Source of the DNA: Bacteroides uniformis
Lineage (GTDB): Bacteria > Bacillota > Clostridia > Oscillospirales > Ruminococcaceae
Direction of reading: 5' to 3'
DNA: 64,000 nucleotides
Assembly: GCA_963615155.1 (NCBI GenBank)
Contig: CAVEGP010000001.1
Span: 17,437 to 81,436, forward strand
In this document: positions 1 through 8,908 of the stretch, one piece after another
Layout of the letters: each line of letters begins with the position of its first letter
Position numbering within the stretch: the stretch's first letter is position 1
The notes under the pieces: generated by a model
Databases searched by the model: none
Seen by the model: only the letters and a program-made list of their open reading frames with translations
What the model was told of the DNA's origin: nothing
Translations under genes and position numbers: made by a program

Positions 1-210
1 GCCGGTGGCTTCTGCCAGCAGGATCGACGCTTCACGGGCATTGTACACGCTGTTGTCCAGAACCTTGACCTTGATCAGCTCGCGGGCTTCGAGACAGTCC
101 TTCACGCCCTGGATCATAGTCTCGTCGATCTCACCCTTGCCCACCTGAAAAACGGGGTCCATGGTGTTTGCCTTGCCGCGCAGGATCGCGCGCTGTTTGC
201 TCGTCAGCAT
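1..210 (-). CDS. yhbY: RNA-binding protein YhbY-like (CRM domain), N-terminal part; gene runs off the window start
   Basis: Not in ORF track (truncated). Reverse translation from ATG 210-208 (AGGAG 8 nt upstream) gives MLTSKQRAILRGKANTMDPVFQVGKGEIDETMIQGVKDCLEARELIKVKVLDNS..., the YhbY pattern (KQ..LR..A....PV.Q.GK.G.......I...L...ELIKVK). Confidence 0.6.
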   Translation of the reverse strand, partial: MLTSKQRAILRGKANTMDPVFQVGKGEIDETMIQGVKDCLEARELIKVKVLDNSVYNAREASILLAEATG

Positions 211-260
211 AATTGTTCTCCTAACTTAACTTGTTCTACTATGTTTACTTGCTCTTGTCC

Positions 261-375
261 AACCTCTCCGTCAATGCTTGCGCATTGCCACCTCTCCTTG
301 TAGGAGAAGCTTTTTCGCTCTGCCAAAGGCTCCTCTGATAGGGGAGCTGTCGAGCGGATGCGAGACTGAGAGGTT
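261..375. repeat. Composite two-unit intergenic repeat (inverted pair, tails outward)
   Basis: AACCTCTCCGTCAATGCTTGCGCATTGCCACCTCTCC-TTGTA-GGAGAAGC ... TGCCAAAGGCTCCTCTGATAGGGGAGCTGTCGAGCGGATGCGAGACTGAGAGGTT; about 90 percent identical to 2085-2199; last bases overlap the rdgB stop codon. Confidence 0.9.
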
Positions 376-1012
376 AATGTTTCTTCAAAAACTCCGGCAG
401 TTCCTTTTCCAGCTCTGCCAGAGCATTTCCACGGTGACTGATGGCGTCCTTTTCATCGGGCGTCATTTGCGCATAGCTGCGTTCCTCGGTGTTGGGACGT
501 TTTTCATGCCTGCCAACACCGCAATCCCTCGGGATAAAGAGCGGGTCATAGCCGAAGCCGTAGTCACCGTTCAGACGCTCGAACGCAACCTTGCCCGGGC
601 ACTCGCCCATACAGGTCAGGCTTTTGCCATCCGGCAGAACAAAGCAGATCGCCGAAACGAATTTCGCGCTCCGCTTGTCCGACGGAACATCTTTCATAGC
701 ATCCAGAAGCTTGTCGTTGTTGGCTTCATCATCCCCGTGATGTCCGCAGTAGCGGGCACTGTACACACCGGGCGCACCGTCCAACGCATCAACACACAAG
801 CCGGAATCATCCGCGATGGTCGGCAGCCCGCTCTCTTTGCAGATGGTCTCCGCCTTGATTTTTGCGTTTTCCGCAAAGGTCGTGCCGGTCTCATCCGGTT
901 CTGTCGTGATGCCCAGCTCTTTCTGGCTCACGACCTCGTGACCCTGCGCTTCCAAAATGCGGCGTAGCTCCCTGAGCTTGCCCGCATTGCCGGTAGCCGC
1001 ACATATTTTCAT
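374..1012 (-). CDS. rdgB: Non-canonical purine NTP pyrophosphatase (RdgB/HAM1 family)
   Basis: 212-aa ORF; MKICAATGNAGKLRE..., DDSGL.VDAL.G.PGVYSARY, FGYDPLF motifs typical of RdgB/HAM1. Confidence 0.9.
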   Translation of the reverse strand: MKICAATGNAGKLRELRRILEAQGHEVVSQKELGITTEPDETGTTFAENAKIKAETICKESGLPTIADDSGLCVDALDGAPGVYSARYCGHHGDDEANNDKLLDAMKDVPSDKRSAKFVSAICFVLPDGKSLTCMGECPGKVAFERLNGDYGFGYDPLFIPRDCGVGRHEKRPNTEERSYAQMTPDEKDAISHRGNALAELEKELPEFLKKH

Positions 1013-1101
1013 GCGATCCTATCCCCTTTCCAATTTGCTCAAGCATTCTCGCTTTTATCAAACGAAATCTCTTTGCCAATAGCTTTGACTGAGAGGGCTT
1101 C

Positions 1102-2043
1102 TCAGTGCTTCCAGTTCGTGCGGGGGATCAGTTCTTCCACAAAGCCCTCCGGCGTAAAGGGGATCAGATCATCAATCCCCTCGCCTACGCCGATAAAGCG
1201 GACCGGCAGTCCCAGACGCTGTTTGACCGCCACAACGCAGCCGCCCTTTGCCGTGCCGTCCAGCTTTGTCAGGATGATGCCCGTTGCATTCGCCGCCTTG
1301 CAGAATTCCTTTGCCTGACTGATGGCGTTCTGTCCGGTGATCGCGTCCAATACCAGAAGCGTTTCCAAGCTCGCTTCCGGAGAAGCCTTCTTGACGCTAC
1401 GGCTGATCTTGGACAGCTCATTCATCAGATTCGCCTTGTTGTGTAGACGACCTGCGGTGTCCGCAATGACCATATCATAGCCTCGTGCCGTCGCCGACTT
1501 GACGGTATCGAAGATGACCGCCGCCGGATCCGCGCCCTCGCCTGCCTTGACGAGCGGAACGCCCGCACGACCCGCCCAGATCTCCAACTGCTCGCTGGCT
1601 GCCGCACGGAAGGTATCACCTGCCGCCAGCATGACTTTCCGCCCCTGACGGGTGTAGTAGTCTGCCAGCTTCGCGATGCTGGTGGTCTTGCCGACACCGT
1701 TGACTCCGATCACAAGAATGACCGCCGGATGCCCCTCCAGATTCATCTCGGCATCCGGGCGCATCTCGTCCGCGATGATGTCACGAAGAGCGTCCGCTGC
1801 CTGCTCACCCGTTTTCAGTCCCTTTTCGTTCACACGGTCACGGAGAGCGTCCACCAGCCGGATGGCAACCTCGCCGCCAACATCGGCAAGGATGAGCTGC
1901 TCTTCCAGACTGTCATACAAGTCGTCATCGATCTTGCTGCCCGTCAGTGTGTTCAGGATGTTGCCCCAGAAGCCCGTGCGGGTCTTTTCCAGACCATCCT
2001 TCATCTTGTCTTTTTCTTTTTTGCCAAATCCAAAGAGTCCCAT
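1102..2043 (-). CDS. ftsY: Signal recognition particle receptor FtsY
   Basis: 313-aa ORF; GVNGVGKTT P-loop, DTAGRL, LTKLDGTAKGG SRP-GTPase motifs; downstream of smc as in Bacillus. Confidence 0.95.
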   Translation of the reverse strand: MGLFGFGKKEKDKMKDGLEKTRTGFWGNILNTLTGSKIDDDLYDSLEEQLILADVGGEVAIRLVDALRDRVNEKGLKTGEQAADALRDIIADEMRPDAEMNLEGHPAVILVIGVNGVGKTTSIAKLADYYTRQGRKVMLAAGDTFRAAASEQLEIWAGRAGVPLVKAGEGADPAAVIFDTVKSATARGYDMVIADTAGRLHNKANLMNELSKISRSVKKASPEASLETLLVLDAITGQNAISQAKEFCKAANATGIILTKLDGTAKGGCVVAVKQRLGLPVRFIGVGEGIDDLIPFTPEGFVEELIPRTNWKH

Positions 2044-2084
2044 TGTGGCCTCCCTTTTGCTTTTTTCGTAATTTGCTCTTATCC

Positions 2085-2199
2085 AACCTCTCCGTCAATG
2101 CTTACGCATTGCCCCCTCTCCTTGTAGGAGAGGCTTTTCCTCTTTGCCAAAGGCTCTCCTATCAGGAGAGCTGTCGAGCGACTGCGAGACTGAGAGGTT
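2085..2199. repeat. Composite two-unit intergenic repeat (same architecture as 261-375)
   Basis: 115 nt between smc stop and ftsY start; near-identical to 261-375. Confidence 0.9.
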
Positions 2200-2218
2200 T
2201 TTCCATATTTCATTATAC

Positions 2219-5200
2219 CTACGAAACCAGTGTTGCGTCAACCTGTTCGAGGTCAAGTTTCAGCAGCCTGGACACACCATCCTCCTGCATGGTGACGCCA
2301 TACAGGATATTGGCAGCCTCCATCGTGCCTCTGCGGTGGGTAATGACAATAAACTGGGTCTTATCGCTCACCCGACGGAGGTACTGCGCAAATCGACCGA
2401 CATTGGAGTCATCCAGCGCAGCCTCGATCTCATCCAGGATACAGAACGGCGCAGGATTGACCGCCAGAATCGCAAAATAAATGCTGATCGCTACCAATGC
2501 CTGCTCACCGCCCGAAAGAGCTTCCAGATTCTTGATGACCTTTCCCGGCGGCGCGACTCGGATCCCGATGCCGCAGCTCAGAACCTCCGTTTCATCCTCC
2601 AGCACAAGGCTGGCTTCGCCGCCGCCGAACAGCTCACGGAATACCCTGCCAAAGTTTTCGTTGATGGCACGGAAGCTATCTGAGAAGATCTCCCGCATCT
2701 GGCGGCTCAGTCCGGCGATCATGCGGGTCAACTCATTCCTGCTCTCCTCAACGTCTGTGACCTGCGTCTGCAGATCATCATAACGCACCCTGACTTCCCT
2801 GTACTCCTCGATCGCTCCCACATTGACATTTCCGAGAACACGGATCTTATTCCGCAGGTCAGCCACCTGTGCCCGAAGCGCAGGCAGGCTTTCAAAGTCC
2901 ACGCTGGCGTCCTCCGCCTGACTGACGGTCATCTGATACTCATCCCAGAGCTTTGCCGTCATCTGGTCGTATTCCGCCTCTGCCGCCGCTTTCCGTTCGG
3001 ACAGACGCGCCATCTCTCGGCTCATCTCCTCACGACCATCGGCGGCAGTGCGTGACTTCGCCAGTGTTTCCGTTTCCATCTGCTGATAATGCAGACGCTT
3101 TTCGGTCGCTGCCTTGATCTCCTCTTCCTTCTGGCGGATCTTTCCCGCGCTGTCAGTCTTTGCTTCCTGAATCGCGGTGATCTCCGCACGGCAGGCGTCG
3201 CTTCGTTCCGCAAGCGCAGAGATGCTTTCTTCCAGAGCTTCCCTCCGGCTTCGGGCATCTCTTGCCCGCTGTTCCAGCGCTTCGATCTGCGCCTGTGCCA
3301 GCTCCGCATCCTTCTGACGTGTCAACTGCTCCAGGCGTTTCGCGCTCAGCTGATCGGACAATTCCTTCTGCTGTGCCAGAAAGGTGTCTCCACCTTCCGC
3401 CAGACGGTCGATCTCCTGTGTACGCTGCTCGATCTCCGCCGTCAGCTCAGCTTCTTTCTTTTCCGCCTGCGCCGCTTTTTCACGGCTTGCTTCCATCTGG
3501 GCGTGCAGAGCTTCCAGTTCTGCCATACGGGCGTTCCGGACGGCTTCAGTCTGTTCCAGTGCCGCTTCCAGACGCTTCCGTTCCGCTTCGGCACGAACAC
3601 GGTCATTTGCGGCTGTAATCTGCTCACTATTGGTCGCAGTCAGCTCTGCCGAAAGCGCATCCACCTGCTCCTTGCACTGGTCGGTCTTTTCCTGCGCAGC
3701 GATACAGTCCTTCTGAAGCTTTGCCGCTTTGATGCGAAGCTCCTCCATCTCCTGCTTTCGGGTGAAAAGCCCCGCCGAACGTTGGACGCTGCCGCCTGTG
3801 AAGCTGCCGCCCGCATTGATGACCTGCCCGTCGAGGGTGACGACCTTATTGTGATAGCCCAGCTCCCGAGCGACGTGAGACGCTTCGTTGATCTCATCGA
3901 CGATGACGATCCGTCCCAGCAGATTTAAGACGATGTTCTCATAGCGTTTGTCCGCTTTGACAAGGCTGGATGCGAGACGTGCCGAGCCGGAAAGCCGTCC
4001 TCGGAACACAGCCGGCTGAACCGTGTCCAGCGGAAGAAAGGTCGCACGACCCGCCTTCTCACTTTTCAGCAGAGAGATGGCGGCTTTGGCGGCGGCTTCG
4101 TTTTCCACAACGATATTCTGAAGCGCACCGCCCAACGCGGTCTCGATGGCGGTTTCCATGCCCTGCCCGACTGTCAGGAGCGTGGACACCGGACCGATCA
4201 CGCCCCTCAGGCGGTGTGCCGACGCCGCCCGCATGACCGTCTTGACCGAATTCTGGTAGCCGTCCATATTCTTTTCCAGCTCTTTCAGAACCGACAGTCT
4301 CTGCCGTGCGGCGTCCAGCTCCCGCCCAAGCTTCTGCTCCGTCTCGTCCGCTTCATCAAGGGCAGCACGGCGGCGGCTGAGCTTGAGTTCCAGACCCGAA
4401 CGGATGTTTTCCAGCTGCTTTTCGTTATCAGTCAGCGTCTTCTGATATCTGACCGTATCCGCAAGGTCGCTCTTTGTCTCGTCATACTGGGCGTTCAGGT
4501 CGGTCATGATCTGCTCCAGTTCGGGCAGACGCTCCTGTGCCGACTGTCCGGCGGCTTCGGCAGAAGCCCTCGCCACCTGCGTCTCGGTATGTTGCGCATT
4601 CAACGCAGCTACCTCTTTGCGCAGGACATCCTGACGCGCACCACTGGCGTTGTTCTCGCTCGTCATCCGGACAAGCTCCTCGCTCAACGACGCGATTTCC
4701 TCAGCCAACTGACGACCCGCCTGCTCCATCGACTTTGCCACAGACCGATGCCGTTCCAGCGCGGCGGCAGCTTCGGTGCTGTCCTGTTCGCCTGCGGCAA
4801 TTTCGTCCCGCAGGCTTGCCGTGCTTTCCTCATTGCGCCGGATGTCGTTTTCGAGGACGGCGATCCGGCTCTCACTGCCGCTGATCTGTTCGGTGATGCT
4901 GCGGATATCCCCATTCAGGCGTTCGACGGCAACCGTCAGTCTCTGCGCCTGCATCCGGATTTCCTCAGCCTCCTCTTCCGCGTTTCTGGTCTGTCGGTCA
5001 AAGCGTTCATAAGCCGCCTGTGCCGTCTCATAATCCCGTACCTGCTGCCGAACGGATTCCCGCGCGCGGTGTACGCCGTCTGTCCAGAGGGTGATCTCCA
5101 GCGTCCTGCGCTGACCGCTCAGGATCAGAAACTTCTGTGCCTTTTCGCTTTCCTGACGCAGTGGTCCGACCCGGCTTTCCAACTCCCCGAGGATGTCCCG

Positions 5201-5776
5201 CAGACGCTCGAGATTCTCCGATGCCGCCAGCAGCCGCCGTTCCGCTTCATTCTTACGGTAGCGGTACTTTGCGATGCCGCAGGCTTCCTCAAAGATCTCA
5301 CGCCGTTCGCTGCTTTTGGCTGCAACGATCTCTGAGATGCGACCCTGTCCAATGACCGAATAGCCGTCTCTGCCGATGCCCGTATCCAGCAGCAGCTCAT
5401 AGATATCCTTCAGTCGGCAGACCTGACCGTTGATGCTGTATTCACTCTCACCGGAGCGGTAATACTTCCGGCCAATGACCGCCTCGTCCGCGTCCAGATC
5501 GAGCGTATGCCCGCTGTTGTCCAGCGTCAGGCGCACCATCGCAAAGCCCATCGCTCCCCGTCGGCGTGTGCCGCCGAAGATCACGTCCTCCATCTTGCCT
5601 GCCGCGCGGAGCTGTCGGGTGCTCGTTTCTCCCAGCACCCAGCGCACCGCATCCGACAGGTTCGATTTGCCCGAGCCGTTCGGTCCGACAACGGCAGTCA
5701 CGCCCTCATCGAAACGGATCCTGACTTTATCCGGAAAGCTCTTGAACCCATGGATCTCCAGTTCCTTCAAAACCAT
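2219..5776 (-). CDS. smc: Chromosome segregation protein SMC
   Basis: 1185-aa ORF; N-terminal GPNGSGKSN Walker A, long coiled coils, hinge, C-terminal LSGGE signature and ILDEIEAALD Walker B. Confidence 0.97.
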   Translation of the reverse strand: MVLKELEIHGFKSFPDKVRIRFDEGVTAVVGPNGSGKSNLSDAVRWVLGETSTRQLRAAGKMEDVIFGGTRRRGAMGFAMVRLTLDNSGHTLDLDADEAVIGRKYYRSGESEYSINGQVCRLKDIYELLLDTGIGRDGYSVIGQGRISEIVAAKSSERREIFEEACGIAKYRYRKNEAERRLLAASENLERLRDILGELESRVGPLRQESEKAQKFLILSGQRRTLEITLWTDGVHRARESVRQQVRDYETAQAAYERFDRQTRNAEEEAEEIRMQAQRLTVAVERLNGDIRSITEQISGSESRIAVLENDIRRNEESTASLRDEIAAGEQDSTEAAAALERHRSVAKSMEQAGRQLAEEIASLSEELVRMTSENNASGARQDVLRKEVAALNAQHTETQVARASAEAAGQSAQERLPELEQIMTDLNAQYDETKSDLADTVRYQKTLTDNEKQLENIRSGLELKLSRRRAALDEADETEQKLGRELDAARQRLSVLKELEKNMDGYQNSVKTVMRAASAHRLRGVIGPVSTLLTVGQGMETAIETALGGALQNIVVENEAAAKAAISLLKSEKAGRATFLPLDTVQPAVFRGRLSGSARLASSLVKADKRYENIVLNLLGRIVIVDEINEASHVARELGYHNKVVTLDGQVINAGGSFTGGSVQRSAGLFTRKQEMEELRIKAAKLQKDCIAAQEKTDQCKEQVDALSAELTATNSEQITAANDRVRAEAERKRLEAALEQTEAVRNARMAELEALHAQMEASREKAAQAEKKEAELTAEIEQRTQEIDRLAEGGDTFLAQQKELSDQLSAKRLEQLTRQKDAELAQAQIEALEQRARDARSRREALEESISALAERSDACRAEITAIQEAKTDSAGKIRQKEEEIKAATEKRLHYQQMETETLAKSRTAADGREEMSREMARLSERKAAAEAEYDQMTAKLWDEYQMTVSQAEDASVDFESLPALRAQVADLRNKIRVLGNVNVGAIEEYREVRVRYDDLQTQVTDVEESRNELTRMIAGLSRQMREIFSDSFRAINENFGRVFRELFGGGEASLVLEDETEVLSCGIGIRVAPPGKVIKNLEALSGGEQALVAISIYFAILAVNPAPFCILDEIEAALDDSNVGRFAQYLRRVSDKTQFIVITHRRGTMEAANILYGVTMQEDGVSRLLKLDLEQVDATLVS

Positions 5777-5780
5777 CGGC

Positions 5781-6455
5781 TTACTTTTCCTTGATCACAC
5801 CCAGCAGCTTCAAAGCCTCACGCGCCGCATGCTGCTCCGCCAGCTTCTTGCTCCTGCCCTCGCCCCGTGCGACCTTGTCCGAGTTGAACCGGACCGCTAC
5901 GACAAAATGCTTGTCGTGATCCGGACCGGATTCTTTCTCGACCACGTAGCTCAGTTTTTCCTCAGGGTTCTGCTGTACGATCTCCTGCAGGCGGGTCTTG
6001 TAATCCGCCTCGGCGTGCTTGCCCTCGGTGATGAAGGGCAGGATAAAATTCCGCGCGACCTCCATGCCTCCGTCCAGATAGAGGGCGGCAATGACCGCCT
6101 CGAACGCATCCGAGACGACGCTGGGACGGCTGCGCCCGCCGCAGCGTTCTTCTCCACGACCGAGACGCAGATACTCGCCCAGATTGATCTCCTGCGCGAA
6201 CTGAAAGAGCGCGCCCTCGCTGACAAGGCTTGCGCGGGTGCGGGTCAGATCGCCCTCCGGACGATCCGCATAAGCATGGAAGAGATAATCCGCCGAGACG
6301 ATCTGAAGCACACTGTCGCCGAGGAATTCCAGACGCTCGTTGTGCTTGACCGGAACTTTGCTCTCATTGGCATAGCTGGTATGGGTCAGAGCTGTCTGGA
6401 GCAGCTCCGGATTCTTGAACTTATACCCAATAATGGTTTCCAGTTGATGACTCAT
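5781..6455 (-). CDS. rnc: Ribonuclease III
   Basis: 224-aa ORF; ERLEFLGDSVL RNase III signature plus C-terminal dsRBD; rnc-smc-ftsY synteny. Confidence 0.95.
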   Translation of the reverse strand: MSHQLETIIGYKFKNPELLQTALTHTSYANESKVPVKHNERLEFLGDSVLQIVSADYLFHAYADRPEGDLTRTRASLVSEGALFQFAQEINLGEYLRLGRGEERCGGRSRPSVVSDAFEAVIAALYLDGGMEVARNFILPFITEGKHAEADYKTRLQEIVQQNPEEKLSYVVEKESGPDHDKHFVVAVRFNSDKVARGEGRSKKLAEQHAAREALKLLGVIKEK

Positions 6456-6479
6456 TGTCTTGCTCCCCTTTTGAAAGGT

Positions 6480-7490
6480 TTACTCCGCGGACACTGCATT
6501 CAGCTCGTCCAGGGCTGTCTGCATCGTACCGCACAGGTCGTTTTCAACACAAACTTTTGCCTGACGGATGGCATTCTTGATCCCCTTCGCCTTGGACGAG
6601 CCATGCGCCTTAATGACCGGCTGCCTTGCGCCGAGGAAGGGCGCGCCGCCGTATTCCTCGCTGTCCATCTGGTGCTTGAGGTCGGACACTCCGCTCTTGA
6701 GCAGAAGATACGCCAGCTTTCCGCCAAGATTTTTCAGGAACATCTCTTTCAGCATGCCCAGCAGCATCTTTGCCACGCCCTCGGTCAGCTTCAGGATCAC
6801 ATTGCCCGTAAAGCCGTCGCAGACCACTACATCGACCTCGCCGTTCGGCACGTCGCGCGGCTCGATATTGCCCACGAACCGGATGCCAGGCGTGCTCTTG
6901 AGAAGCTGGTGCGCTTCCTTGAGCATCGGCGTGCCCTTGGATTCCTCTGCGCCGTTGTTCGCCAGTGCGACCGACGGCGAGGTGCGCCCCTCGACCTTGT
7001 TGATATAACAGCTTCCCATAACGGCAAAGGCAGCCAGCATCTCAGGACGGCACTCGACATTCGCGCCGCAGTCCAACAGCAGGTAGGCTTTCTTTTTGGC
7101 TGGGATCATGGTCGCCAGAGCCGGACGCTTGATGCCCCGCAGTGTACGGACAATGAGACTTGCGCCCACATGAAGCGCACCCGTCGAGCCTGCCGAAACA
7201 AAAGCATCGCCCTTGCCCTCCCGGAGCAGGTTCAGACCCACCACGATGGAGGAATCCTTCTTGGCACGAATGGCACGGGCAGGCTCGTCACACATCTCAA
7301 TAACCTCGGTGCAGTTCACCAGCTCGATGCCGTCCAGCGGGATGTTATGCTCTTCCGCCGTCCTGCGCACCAGTGCTTCATCGCCCACGCCGATCAACTG
7401 CACACCGTATTCTTTGACTGCTGCCGCCGCACCTTCCAGCACCGCCAGAGGTGCATTGTCGCCGCCCATCATATCCACGATAATCTTCAT
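6480..7490 (-). CDS. plsX: Phosphate acyltransferase PlsX
   Basis: 336-aa ORF; MKIIVDMMGGDNAP start and GFTGNV motif typical of PlsX. Confidence 0.93.
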   Translation of the reverse strand: MKIIVDMMGGDNAPLAVLEGAAAAVKEYGVQLIGVGDEALVRRTAEEHNIPLDGIELVNCTEVIEMCDEPARAIRAKKDSSIVVGLNLLREGKGDAFVSAGSTGALHVGASLIVRTLRGIKRPALATMIPAKKKAYLLLDCGANVECRPEMLAAFAVMGSCYINKVEGRTSPSVALANNGAEESKGTPMLKEAHQLLKSTPGIRFVGNIEPRDVPNGEVDVVVCDGFTGNVILKLTEGVAKMLLGMLKEMFLKNLGGKLAYLLLKSGVSDLKHQMDSEEYGGAPFLGARQPVIKAHGSSKAKGIKNAIRQAKVCVENDLCGTMQTALDELNAVSAE

Positions 7491-7505
7491 AGCGCAGTCT
7501 CCTTT

Positions 7506-8879
7506 TTACAGTTCATTTTCGTCCAGCCATTGCTGAAAGCTGGACACGGCACGTTCCGCCACAGCCATGTAGCGGAGCCGCTTGTCACGCGGGCGGCTCT
7601 CGGCAGGCAGCGGAGGCAGGATGCCCATATTCGCACCCATCGGCTGGAAATGCTTGTTCTCTGTTGTCAGATACTGGATCAGCGCACCGCACATCGTATC
7701 GTTCGGCGGCGGCGAAAGCTGCTTTCCGGTCAGGCGGGCATAAATGTTTCGTGCCGCCAGCAGACCGCAGGCCGCGCTTTCCATATAGCCCTCAAACCCT
7801 GTGATCTGTCCGGCGAAGAACACGTTCGGGTGCTCGTTCAGGTACAGCCCGGCGTTCAGCACACGGGGCGCGTCGAGGAAGGTGTTCCGATGCATCACGC
7901 CGTACCGGACAAACTCGGCGTTTTCCAGACCCGGAATCATGGAAAAGACCCGCTTCTGCTCTCCCCATTTGAGGTTCGTCTGAAAGCCGACGATGTTGTA
8001 CAGTGTCCGTTCCTTGTTCTCGGCACGGAGCTGGACGTTTGCCCACGGGCGGTGTCCGGTATGCGGATCGACCAGACCCACCGGACGAAGCGGACCGAAC
8101 CGCATGGTATCCGCACCGCGCGCCGCCATGATCTCAATAGGCATACAGCCCTCATAGACGGTCACGGTATCGGCTTTTTTGCCGTGTGCGTCCGGGTCGG
8201 GCTGAGCAGATTGTTCTGCGCCTTTGTCGAACTCATGGAGCGGCGCACGCTCTGCCGAAGCAAGAGCCGCATGGAACGTCTCATACTCCGCCTTATTGAA
8301 GGGACAGTTCAGATAATCCGCCTCGCCCCGATCGTAACGGGAAGCCGCAAATACACGGTCATAGTCGAGACTTTCCGCCGTGACGATGGGAGCGACAGCA
8401 TCATAGAAATGCAGACGCTCATCACCGGTCAGCTGGCCGATCTCATCCGCCAGTTTGCCGTCAGTCAAAGGGCCGGTTGCGACCAAAACGGGTACGCTCT
8501 CGTCGATCTGTTCCACCCTCTCCCGATGGATCGTGATATTTTCACATTCCTCCACCATTCGGGTCACTTCAGCACTGAAAGCGTCCCGATCGACCGCCAG
8601 CGCACCGCCTGCGGCAACCCGAGCGGTTTCGGCGGCGTTGAGAAGCCGACTTCCCATCCGGCGCATTTCCTCTTTCAGAAGACCGGACGCCGAGTCCAGA
8701 CGCTCCGCCTTCAGGCTGTTGGAGCAGATCAGCTCTGCAAAGCCCTCGCTCTTGTGGGCTGGGGAAAAGTGGGTCGGCTTCTGCTCATACAGATCGACCC
8801 TGACGCCCTTTCCCGCCAGCCAGAGCGCAGCCTCACAGCCCGCCAGACCTGCGCCTAAAATCGTAACATGATAGCTCAT
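7506..8879 (-). CDS. trmFO: Methylenetetrahydrofolate--tRNA-(uracil-5-)-methyltransferase TrmFO
   Basis: 457-aa ORF; N-terminal FAD fold ILGAGLAGCEAA, AELICSNSLK; topA-trmFO synteny as in Bacillus. Confidence 0.92.
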   Translation of the reverse strand: MSYHVTILGAGLAGCEAALWLAGKGVRVDLYEQKPTHFSPAHKSEGFAELICSNSLKAERLDSASGLLKEEMRRMGSRLLNAAETARVAAGGALAVDRDAFSAEVTRMVEECENITIHRERVEQIDESVPVLVATGPLTDGKLADEIGQLTGDERLHFYDAVAPIVTAESLDYDRVFAASRYDRGEADYLNCPFNKAEYETFHAALASAERAPLHEFDKGAEQSAQPDPDAHGKKADTVTVYEGCMPIEIMAARGADTMRFGPLRPVGLVDPHTGHRPWANVQLRAENKERTLYNIVGFQTNLKWGEQKRVFSMIPGLENAEFVRYGVMHRNTFLDAPRVLNAGLYLNEHPNVFFAGQITGFEGYMESAACGLLAARNIYARLTGKQLSPPPNDTMCGALIQYLTTENKHFQPMGANMGILPPLPAESRPRDKRLRYMAVAERAVSSFQQWLDENEL

Positions 8880-8908
8880 ATGTCTTATCCTTTAGAATCC
8901 TTGCCCTC

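Noticed and set aside
278-967. 229-aa plus-strand ORF starting inside the repeat element
   Set aside because: It starts within the 261-375 repeat and runs antisense to rdgB, with no motifs. The repeat units translate into recurring pseudo-peptides (e.g. GELS...TERL), but all copies are intergenic and occur in both orientations, so they are not coding.
6456-6479. Expected acpP/fabD/fabG genes between plsX and rnc
   Set aside because: Only 24 nt separate the two genes, so no small ORF can fit. This is simply a difference from the Bacillus arrangement, not a missed gene.
5475-8858. Very long plus-strand ORF (1127 aa), with similar long antisense ORFs at 9167-11014, 16616-18139, 20038-21372, 28263-29702, 46806-48920 and 61248-62714
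   Set aside because: Each lies antisense to one or several genes with unmistakable family motifs (smc/rnc/plsX/trmFO, topA, addA, addB, UPF0210, gpmI, argS). Their translations are Arg/Ala/His/Leu-rich low-complexity strings without motifs. This is the expected shadow-ORF effect of GC3-rich coding sequence.
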